Positions 7,106 through 13,785 of a stretch of DNA of 24,000 nt are shown here, piece by piece (position 1 is the stretch's first letter; the number at the start of each line of letters is the position of its first letter). This DNA comes from an uncultured Pirellulales bacterium (lineage in GTDB: Bacteria; Planctomycetota; Phycisphaerae; Sedimentisphaerales; Anaerohalosphaeraceae): positions 20,562-44,561 of the forward strand of contig CAZXPW010000025.1 of the NCBI GenBank assembly GCA_964643355.1, read 5' to 3'. The notes under the pieces were generated by a model. The model was not told the origin of the DNA. It saw only the letters and a list, made by a program, of their open reading frames with translations, and searched no databases. A program made the translations under genes and the position numbers.

Positions 7106-8824
7106 TTACTCCATTTGTTGGGAATGCCGATATTTGAGTATTTCTTCCATAATCTCCTTGAAGACCGGCGCCGCGACGCGCCCCCCCGAATACCCCTTGC
7201 CCAGCGCCCGATTGGGTCGGCCGATTGAGACCAGAACCATGACTTCGGGTTTTTCCGGAGGAGCCCCTCCGACAAAGGAAGCGATATAATTGGCGGTATC
7301 GTACCCCTTTCGGTTGGGCAATGCGATATTGGCCGTCCCCGTTTTGCCGAAGGCCTGGATGCCCTCCATTTTCGCCTGATCCCCCGTGCCCTCGTTGACC
7401 ACCGCAACCAGCGCCTCTTCGCGAATCCACCGCGCCACTTCCGGTTTGATGACATAGCCGGTCAGAGGCGCCGGATAGATGAATCGACGAATATTTCCCT
7501 GATCATCGACAACCGCCTTGACAATGTGCGGAGACACCGAGCTTCCGCCGTTGGCGATGATGCAATATGCCCGCAGAATCTGGATCGCGGTAACGGAGAT
7601 GGCGTGACCGAAGGGGATCCGCGTTACCGTCCAGCCATCCCATTTTTGAGTGGGAAGAAAAATGCCCGCGTCCTCCCCGGGCAGATCCAGGCCGGTCGGC
7701 TGCCCGAAACCAAATAGCCGCAATCCTTCGTAGAGCCGCTTTTGCCCGAGCTTAAGGCCGATCTTGGCCATGCCGATATTGCTCGACTTGGCCAGAATCA
7801 TCTTCACGCTGAGATTGCCATACACATGGTTCATGTACTCGCCGATCTTGTATTTGACGAAGTAACCATTCTCGCAAAAAATCACCTCGTTGTAATCGAT
7901 CGCCCCGGCATTGAGCGCGACGGCCGCGGCAATGGGTTTAAAAATGCTGCCCGGTTCGTACGGATCGGAAAGAACGCGGTTTTTCAGCGGCTCGTTTTTT
8001 TCGTCGACATATTCCTGAAAATGCATCGGATCAAAATCCGGCAGGGAAACCATCGCCAGAATCTCCCCCGTCCACGGGTCCATGACAATCCCAAGACCGT
8101 ACTGGGCCTGGTATTCCTCGATCTTCTTTCGTAGCGACTTGCGCACGATATCCTGGATCACCGTATCGATTGTCAACACCAGCGACAGACCATTCTGCGC
8201 GGCGCGACTTCCTTGGGAGTCGATGCGGATCGGGTTTCGTCCCACATCCACAACCAGGATGTCGCTCCCGGCGACCCCTTGCAAATCCGCGTCGTATTTT
8301 TGTTCGATCCCCCCGAACCCCTTCTGCTCGGCGCCAACAAATCCGATCAGATGGCTGGTCACGGCGCCCATCGGATACGATCGCCGCCAGACGCTTTGAA
8401 TGCCGATACCGGGAATTCGGGCCTTAAGGATTTCCTGTCGTTGATCCGCCGTCAGACCGTCATACAGCCGAACAAAACCCGGATTACGACTTTCCTGGAT
8501 CAATCGGCAGATTTCCGGACCGGGAATGCCCAGGACATCCTGAAGCTGCATGGAACACTCCAGAATTTGATCGTTGTCTTTGAAGGCTCTGGGTTCCGCG
8601 AACAATTGCTCGATCTTGTTGCTGGCGGCCAGAACGCGGCTGCGCCGGTCAAAGATATCACCTCGTTTGGGTAATTCGATCACCGTCGCGTGTTGCGGAC
8701 GCCGGGCCTGCTGACGATATGTATCCTGACAGTCATGCTGGAGGTAGAACACTCGCCATCCCAACAGACCCAACGCCGTTATCAGCATCATGATCAGGAT
8801 CGGAATCAGTGGATGCGTCTTCAT
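7106..8824 (-). CDS. ftsI: Class B penicillin-binding protein FtsI/PBP3 (divisome transpeptidase)
   Basis: N-terminal TM LIPILIMMLITALGLLGW. Motifs SIFK (EPGSIFKPI), SSN (AKSSNIGMA) and KTGT (FGKTGTANI). Start overlaps the ftsL-like stop (ATGA). Sits in dcw order after mraZ-rsmH-ftsL. Confidence 0.9.
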   Translation of the reverse strand: MKTHPLIPILIMMLITALGLLGWRVFYLQHDCQDTYRQQARRPQHATVIELPKRGDIFDRRSRVLAASNKIEQLFAEPRAFKDNDQILECSMQLQDVLGIPGPEICRLIQESRNPGFVRLYDGLTADQRQEILKARIPGIGIQSVWRRSYPMGAVTSHLIGFVGAEQKGFGGIEQKYDADLQGVAGSDILVVDVGRNPIRIDSQGSRAAQNGLSLVLTIDTVIQDIVRKSLRKKIEEYQAQYGLGIVMDPWTGEILAMVSLPDFDPMHFQEYVDEKNEPLKNRVLSDPYEPGSIFKPIAAAVALNAGAIDYNEVIFCENGYFVKYKIGEYMNHVYGNLSVKMILAKSSNIGMAKIGLKLGQKRLYEGLRLFGFGQPTGLDLPGEDAGIFLPTQKWDGWTVTRIPFGHAISVTAIQILRAYCIIANGGSSVSPHIVKAVVDDQGNIRRFIYPAPLTGYVIKPEVARWIREEALVAVVNEGTGDQAKMEGIQAFGKTGTANIALPNRKGYDTANYIASFVGGAPPEKPEVMVLVSIGRPNRALGKGYSGGRVAAPVFKEIMEEILKYRHSQQME

Positions 8825-9066
8825 CGGCGCTTCCCCGGCTCTGCGGCTTTTTCATTTTTTCGCAGGATGTCGGACACGGAGGCCGGAGTGGTCAGTTGCT
8901 CCAGTTCCAACTGTTTTTTGCGCAGTTCTTCCACCAGCCGCCGCTGTTCCGATTTGGCCGAAAAATATCGGGAAAATATCCGACTCGAGGAATTCCGTAA
9001 ATGGATCGTCCCGATCAGAACGACCGTCAGAAAGAAGATAACATAAATCAATCGTCCCCGGGACAT
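8821..9066 (-). CDS. ftsL: FtsL-like bitopic cell-division protein
   Basis: 81 aa: short basic N-terminus, TM (LIYVIFFLTVVLIGTIHL), then a leucine-rich coiled segment (EQRRLVEELRKKQLELEQL). Position is immediately upstream of, and overlapping, ftsI. The call rests on architecture and synteny only. Confidence 0.55.
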   Translation of the reverse strand: MSRGRLIYVIFFLTVVLIGTIHLRNSSSRIFSRYFSAKSEQRRLVEELRKKQLELEQLTTPASVSDILRKNEKAAEPGKRR

Positions 9067-9082
9067 TGACCCGGCCCGTGGT

Positions 9083-10027
9083 TTAGCGTTTCGGTAATTT
9101 CAGCGTCATCTGCTCGCGGACATCGTCCGGCTTTCGAAGAACTTGGGCGTTCAACGCGATAATCTCATGATACCGGTTTCCGTTTCCGAGTTGCTTGTGA
9201 GCGATCGTCCATAAACTGTCGCCCGGTTTGACTTGATAGATGCTGCCGGAATCTGTCGCGCTGGTCGGTTTTTTCCTGGCCTGCTCAAACGATTCTGGAT
9301 CGGGGTTGGCGGGTTTGGGTTTGGTCGTCTTGCCGGAGGATTTGGTTGTGGCCGTCTTGTCGCCGGATTTGATTACGGCTTTGTCAACCGGTTTCTCGAC
9401 GGACGGAGATGAAGCGGAATCCGAATCCGTCAAAGGCGATTGAACCAAAGCCAGATCGGGGATAGTCAGCTTCTTGCCCGGCAGAATATCGCTGGCGGTT
9501 TTCATCTTGTCCTTATTGGCCTCATAGAGGGCCTGAACCGTTGTCAGTTTCTTGCCCAGTTCGGCTCCATACATTGCCACGGCGATCTTGGACAAATTAT
9601 CCCCCGGCTGGACGACATAGATCCGCGGCTCGGGTGCCGGTTTGACGGGTGGTTGTTCGATGGTTTTCGTTTCCACCGGTTTCGTATCGGGGGTCTTGGA
9701 GGACTCGCCGGTCAGAGGCGGCACAGTCGTATCGACGGGTTTGGGTTGCCCAGCCGATTCCTGAAGGACTGGTTTGTCGGTCTGCAGGGTCATATTCGCC
9801 CGTTCTTGCCTGGGTGGCGCCGAATCCCGAACCGTCGAGACCGGCGTCATGGCCCCGACAACCTTCTCGGCCTGAATGGTGATGCTCGTATTCGGCCTCT
9901 GATCGTCCGGCATCACATTCAGCTTGCTCGGAGGATTGAGAAAACCCGGCAATCCATTGACCAGAAATGCGATCAACACGATAAACACCAATCCCAGCAA
10001 TAATCCGACCTTGGCATCCGCTGTCAT
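9083..10027 (-). CDS. Bitopic membrane protein with Pro/Thr/Lys-rich linker and two LysM peptidoglycan-binding domains
   Basis: AAGGGAG SD upstream of the ATG at 10027. TM VGLLLGLVFIVLIAFLV. Two LysM signatures: YVVQPGDNLSKIAVAMYG...LYEANKD...LPGKKLTIP and YQVKPGDSLWTIAHKQLGNGNRYHEIIALNAQ...MTLKLP. Low-complexity P/T/K/S linkers lie between them. Confidence 0.85.
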   Translation of the reverse strand: MTADAKVGLLLGLVFIVLIAFLVNGLPGFLNPPSKLNVMPDDQRPNTSITIQAEKVVGAMTPVSTVRDSAPPRQERANMTLQTDKPVLQESAGQPKPVDTTVPPLTGESSKTPDTKPVETKTIEQPPVKPAPEPRIYVVQPGDNLSKIAVAMYGAELGKKLTTVQALYEANKDKMKTASDILPGKKLTIPDLALVQSPLTDSDSASSPSVEKPVDKAVIKSGDKTATTKSSGKTTKPKPANPDPESFEQARKKPTSATDSGSIYQVKPGDSLWTIAHKQLGNGNRYHEIIALNAQVLRKPDDVREQMTLKLPKR

Positions 10028-10050
10028 CCCTGTTACTCCCTTCTATTGAC

Positions 10051-10953
10051 CTATGGCAATCGTGCGGCTATTCGCATCTTAGCGCTTCGCGCACGAGGAT
10101 TGTTTCGTATTTCGACCTCTTGTGGTACCATCGGCTTATCCGTCAGAATTTCATAAATTCCTTCGAGCCGTTTTTTCCGGAAATCCCGCTTGACTCGTCG
10201 ATCTTCCAGACTGTGAAAACTGATGATCGCGATCTGTCCGCCGGGTTTCAATACTTCCGGAGCCGCTTCCAACAATCGGTCCAGGCATCCCAGCTCATCA
10301 TTGACTACGATCCGAAGGGCCTGAAAGGTCCGGGTCGCCGGGTGAATTTTCCCGCTCCGGCCGATCAATCGGCACACCAGATTGGCCAATTGAACGGTCG
10401 TCGTGATGTTTTGACCCCGACGATACTCGACGATCGCCCGGGCAATCTTACGCGACGCCCGTTCCTCGCCGAACTCGAAAATCGCATTGGCCAACTCGTT
10501 TTCTCCGGCCTGATTGACCCAATCGGCCGCTGTCACCGTCAGCCGGTCGTCCAGCCGCATATCCAACGGCAGGTTATGCTGGAAACTGAAACCCCGTTTC
10601 GGATCTTCCAGTTGCCCACTGCACCACCCCAAATCGGCCACGACCAAGTCGGCTTTCCCGATTCCCGTTTGAGCCATGACCGCCGCCAAATTCGCGAAGT
10701 TCTCCCGTTTCAGAATCACCCGACAAGGAAGATCGGCCAAAACCGTCCGGGCCCTTTCCAGACATGCCGGATCTACATCCAACCCGAGAATCGTTCCCTT
10801 GGAACCCAGAGATTTCCCGAGAATTCGGCTATGACCTCCATATCCAATCGTCGCATCGACAAGAATGCCCCCTTCGGGAATTTTGACGGAGCCGGCAAGC
10901 GTTTCGGCCAGTACCGGCTGGTGTTCGCTGAATGGTTGCGATAGGGATTCCAT
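10051..10953 (-). CDS. rsmH: 16S rRNA (cytosine1402-N4)-methyltransferase RsmH (MraW)
   Basis: HQPVL...VDATIGYGGHS SAM-binding signature, DLGWCSGQL, HPATRTFQALRIVVNDEL and ISFHSLEDRRVK are hallmark RsmH blocks. Canonical position after mraZ. Confidence 0.95.
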   Translation of the reverse strand: MESLSQPFSEHQPVLAETLAGSVKIPEGGILVDATIGYGGHSRILGKSLGSKGTILGLDVDPACLERARTVLADLPCRVILKRENFANLAAVMAQTGIGKADLVVADLGWCSGQLEDPKRGFSFQHNLPLDMRLDDRLTVTAADWVNQAGENELANAIFEFGEERASRKIARAIVEYRRGQNITTTVQLANLVCRLIGRSGKIHPATRTFQALRIVVNDELGCLDRLLEAAPEVLKPGGQIAIISFHSLEDRRVKRDFRKKRLEGIYEILTDKPMVPQEVEIRNNPRARSAKMRIAARLP

Positions 10954-10998
10954 ACGGATCCTGTACTCCCCCCTTCAGCGGTCACTAACCGTTTGGAT

Positions 10999-11214
10999 TT
11001 AGAACACGCCCGCCTCGCACTGCCGGGCGATCGCCATCATTTCCTCCATCTCGGCCGAGAACCGAATACCCGCAAAAAGTCCGCCGGCCCGCTGAAGCCG
11101 CTGGACCCGTCGCGACAACATCTCCATCGCGGACACGGCCGTATCATCCATTCCCCGACGACCTTCCAGACAATCCCGTACGATTTGAATCGAATCCGTT
11201 CCCGTCGCGACCAT
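10999..11214 (-). CDS. Hypothetical 71-aa soluble protein wedged between mraZ and rsmH
   Basis: The ATG shares one base with the mraZ stop (TAATG). Third codon positions are G/C-biased like flanking genes. It ends 45 nt before rsmH, whose own G-rich SD follows. No TM and no motif I recognise. The competing + strand ORF (10993-11217) translates to an H/R/P-rich implausible peptide. Confidence 0.45.
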   Translation of the reverse strand: MVATGTDSIQIVRDCLEGRRGMDDTAVSAMEMLSRRVQRLQRAGGLFAGIRFSAEMEEMMAIARQCEAGVF

Positions 11215-11705
11215 TAGACATCCTCCCGAAAGTCGATCTCTCGGCTCTGCTTGTGCAGGACCGTCTGTCGGGCCTGCATCATTTGTTGTTGGTGTTGGGC
11301 CAGATTATCCTGAAGATACCGCTCCCAGTCTTCGCTGTTCCACAGCTCGATATGGTCCCGGATTCCAACCAGCGTCAGATTCGTCCCCAGGTTGGCCCGT
11401 TTACGAAGTTTGTCGTTCAACAACAGACGACCTTGCCGATCCAACTCTACCTTGCTGGCCAGGGCGAAACTGAGCCGCTCAAACAAAACAGCTTCATCCG
11501 GGGCGGCCTTCCCTGGCGCACCGGCAAGGACGATCTGTTGGAAATACTTTTCCGGATACAAACTCAGAATCCCGTTGGGACCCATGACCAGATAGAAGTC
11601 ACTGCCATACCGGCTCGAATCGATCTGGTTGCGCAACCGATTCGAGATGAAAAGACGATTCTTCTCATCAAGGGTATGCTCGTATTCGCCTGTTAACAGC
11701 AACAT
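11214..11705 (-). CDS. mraZ: Transcriptional regulator MraZ
   Basis: Two SpoVT/AbrB-like halves, each with the D-x-x-x-R signature (LDEKNRLFISNRLR and LDRQGRLLLNDKLRKRANL). About 160 aa. First gene of the dcw-type cluster. Confidence 0.9.
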   Translation of the reverse strand: MLLLTGEYEHTLDEKNRLFISNRLRNQIDSSRYGSDFYLVMGPNGILSLYPEKYFQQIVLAGAPGKAAPDEAVLFERLSFALASKVELDRQGRLLLNDKLRKRANLGTNLTLVGIRDHIELWNSEDWERYLQDNLAQHQQQMMQARQTVLHKQSREIDFREDV

Positions 11706-11715
11706 GTCTTTGGTC

Positions 11716-11761
11716 CCACTTTTAATCCACTTGGCCCCAGATCATACCACCTGACACCACC
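11716..11761 (-). promoter_or_regulatory. Helically phased GTGG boxes (candidate MraZ operator)
   Basis: - strand motifs AGTGGG and AGTGGA (+ strand CCAC at 11716 and 11727, 11 bp apart) lie in the predicted leader. GGTGGT and GGTGGT (+ strand CCAC at 11747 and 11757, 10 bp apart) fill the -35/-10 spacer. More CCAC copies occur at 11790-11798. Confidence 0.35.
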
Positions 11762-11768
11762 CCGTCAA
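11741..11768 (-). promoter_or_regulatory. Candidate sigma70-type promoter of the mraZ operon
   Basis: On the - strand: TTGACG (complement of 11763-11768), a 16-nt spacer, then TATGAT (complement of 11741-11746). The -10 lies ~35 nt upstream of the mraZ ATG at 11705. Confidence 0.45.
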
Positions 11769-12131
11769 TCACAAATTTCGGTTTTTTTCCCACACCACAC
11801 ACAATTATTTTCATCAATTCATCGTCCCATAACCAATGCCACAATATATTGGGCTATCCACCAAGATAAACCCCTTTAAGTTGTGGCTTTAACAAGCAGG
11901 CGTTTCAACAGAAATCGGAAAAGGGATCGGAAAATTCTGTGAAATTCTCGTTTGGTAAAAAACGATTCCTGCGTCTAAAATGGCATGTGTACCTCTGCAG
12001 GCAACCTGAATTATTTGAGGAAATTATCCCCTCCGTCGTTACCATACCCCAATTTTCCTCACAAACTCCTTGGATTAGGAACAATCGTGTTCCAAAACGA
12101 CGATAAGAAAATGGTAGAAAGGGACTCGAAA

Positions 12132-12842
12132 ATGAAGAAGATTGTTTTTTTAGCGATTGCGTTGGTCGTCCTGGCCTTGTCGGCCAGCCAGGTTATGGCA
12201 CAACCCCCGGCCGGCCCGGGCGGATTCGGACAGGGTGGCCCCGGCGGACAAGCCGGTTTTGGACGCGGCATGATGATGGGTGGGGACATGTATGACCAGC
12301 TCAATCTCACCGAAGAGCAGAAAAAGAAAATGGAGGATATGCGGGCCGAATTTACCAAGAAACTGGAATCGGCCACGCCGGAAACTCGCCGGGAAATCTT
12401 CACCGAGATGCGCGATAAAATGCAGAGCGTCTTGACCGATGAACAGAAAAAGAAAATGGAAGAGCTTCGCACGCAGCGCGGCGGCAACCGTGGCTTTGGC
12501 GGATTCGGCGCCCCCGAAGGAATGCCCGGTCAGGGGATGGGACCCCGTGCTTCGGTCTTTCCGTTCCAGCGTTTTCTGGATCAGCTTAACCTGACCGACG
12601 AACAGAAGACCAAAGTCACCACCATGCAGCGGGAAGCCATCGAGAAGCTGTTCAATGACATTCGGACAAAAGTGCTGACCGAAGAGCAGCGAAAAGAACT
12701 CGAAAAGCTTCGTGCGGCTCAACCCGCGGCGCCGGCGGCCCCCGCTGCGGCACAACCCGCCCCGACGGAAAAACCCGCTGCGGCCAACAAACCCGCCGCC
12801 GAGCAACCCGCCCGTGGTCAACGACGCAATCGTCAACAGTGA
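12132..12842 (+). CDS. Secreted LTxxQ-motif (Spy/CpxP/ZraP-like) protein, internally duplicated, Met/Gly-rich
   Basis: ATG at 12132 begins a signal peptide MKKIVFLAIALVVLALSASQVMA-QP. Two units each hold a Gly/Met-rich stretch (GFGRGMMMGGDM; GFGGFGAPEGMPGQGMG) followed by LNLT(E/D)EQK and VLT(D/E)EQ(K/R)K helices. Ala/Pro-rich C-terminal tail. The track ORF from 11985 adds an implausible leader. Confidence 0.8.
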   Translation: MKKIVFLAIALVVLALSASQVMAQPPAGPGGFGQGGPGGQAGFGRGMMMGGDMYDQLNLTEEQKKKMEDMRAEFTKKLESATPETRREIFTEMRDKMQSVLTDEQKKKMEELRTQRGGNRGFGGFGAPEGMPGQGMGPRASVFPFQRFLDQLNLTDEQKTKVTTMQREAIEKLFNDIRTKVLTEEQRKELEKLRAAQPAAPAAPAAAQPAPTEKPAAANKPAAEQPARGQRRNRQQ

Positions 12843-13528
12843 TTGCGGAAGTAGCTCAGATTGTTCGGGGCCTGATCGCGACAACGGGATCAGGCCCCGC
12901 ATTGGCTCTTACCGGATATCCGGTGGTATTTGACGCGCCCCGGACAACCGGATACAATTCGGATGTGCATAATCTTGACTTACTCGATATTCAGGCCTGT
13001 CTCAACGGCGACGACCAGGGCTATCAACGGCTCCTCCGTCGCCACGAAGCCGGCGTGGCGCGATTGATGTGGCGATTCAGCCGCGACAAGACTATCTGCG
13101 AGGAACTGGTGCAGGAAGTCTTTGTCCAGGCCTACTTCAGCTTGACCCGATATCGCGGGGACGGCCCGTTCGCCGCATGGCTCCATCGCATCGCCACTCG
13201 CGTCGGCTACCATTTCTGGAAACAGCAGAAACGCGCCGCCGCGGAATGGTCCCTGCAGGAAATCGACGCCGCCGTAAACCCCGAACCCGACACCCTGGAT
13301 CCTTCGCAGGCCGCCGAACTTCTGCATGGGCTTCTTTCAAGGTTGCCGCCCCCGGATCGGCTGGTCCTGACGCTGATGTATTTTGAAGATTGCTCGACCG
13401 AACAAATCGCCCAGCGAATGAGCTGGACGCGAGGCATGGTCAAAATGCGTGCCATGAGGGCTCGAAAAAAACTCAAGGCCCTCGCCGAAAAACTCGGCCT
13501 TTTGGAGAAACTCGGATGGACACAATGA
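12839..13528 (+). CDS. ECF-type RNA polymerase sigma factor (sigma-70 family, group 4)
   Basis: Region 2 (ELVQEVFVQAYFSLTRYRGDGPFAAWLHRIATRVGYHFWK) and region 4 HTH (RLVLTLMYFEDCSTEQIAQRMSWTRGMVKMRAMRARKKL). The GTG at 12839 overlaps the upstream stop (GTGA). An alternative in-frame GTG at 12965 would give a more typical ~187-aa ECF length. Confidence 0.9.
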   Translation: MIAEVAQIVRGLIATTGSGPALALTGYPVVFDAPRTTGYNSDVHNLDLLDIQACLNGDDQGYQRLLRRHEAGVARLMWRFSRDKTICEELVQEVFVQAYFSLTRYRGDGPFAAWLHRIATRVGYHFWKQQKRAAAEWSLQEIDAAVNPEPDTLDPSQAAELLHGLLSRLPPPDRLVLTLMYFEDCSTEQIAQRMSWTRGMVKMRAMRARKKLKALAEKLGLLEKLGWTQ

Positions 13529-13785
13529 AATCAATCGAAAAACTGGCGCAACTGGCCCGACAGGAACAGCCCCCGGAAATCTCCGTCTCGGCTTCCGTCA
13601 TGGCCCACATTCGGACCTTCCGCTACAGCCGACCGGCCATCGATGTCATGCCGGTCTCCTGGGTGGCGGGAATCTCGGCCGTGGCCGCGTCGATCATCCT
13701 GTTCCTGGCCTTTTACGCTTACCAGTCGATCCATGATCCGTACATGAACTTCTTTGCTCCGATTCAGGTGGCGTGGTTATGGTAG
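13516..13785 (+). CDS. Candidate anti-sigma factor: small single-pass membrane protein
   Basis: Start is ATG 13516, or ATG 13525 which overlaps the sigma stop as ATGA. Cytoplasmic ~45 aa (MKSIEKLAQLARQEQPPE...), TM WVAGISAVAASIILFLAFYAY, and only ~20 aa outside. No Cys, so no HxxxCxxC zinc motif. The call rests on position and topology. Confidence 0.55.
   Translation: MDTMKSIEKLAQLARQEQPPEISVSASVMAHIRTFRYSRPAIDVMPVSWVAGISAVAASIILFLAFYAYQSIHDPYMNFFAPIQVAWLW

Noticed and set aside
6756-7430. 224-aa - strand ORF spanning the mrdA/ftsI convergence point
   Set aside because: It would overlap the 3' ends of both PBP genes in alternative frames. The translation is Gly/Arg-rich nonsense.
10993-11217. 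74-aa + strand ORF in the mraZ-rsmH gap
   Set aside because: It competes with the - strand 71-aa ORF. The + strand peptide is H/R/P-rich and on the wrong strand for the operon. The - strand ORF is start-coupled to mraZ and has native-looking codon bias.
10120-12902. 274-aa + ORF opposite rsmH, 147-aa + ORF opposite mraZ, and 250-aa - ORF opposite the LTxxQ gene
   Set aside because: They are shadow ORFs of genes with hallmark motifs. No independent evidence such as SD, motifs or plausible composition supports them.
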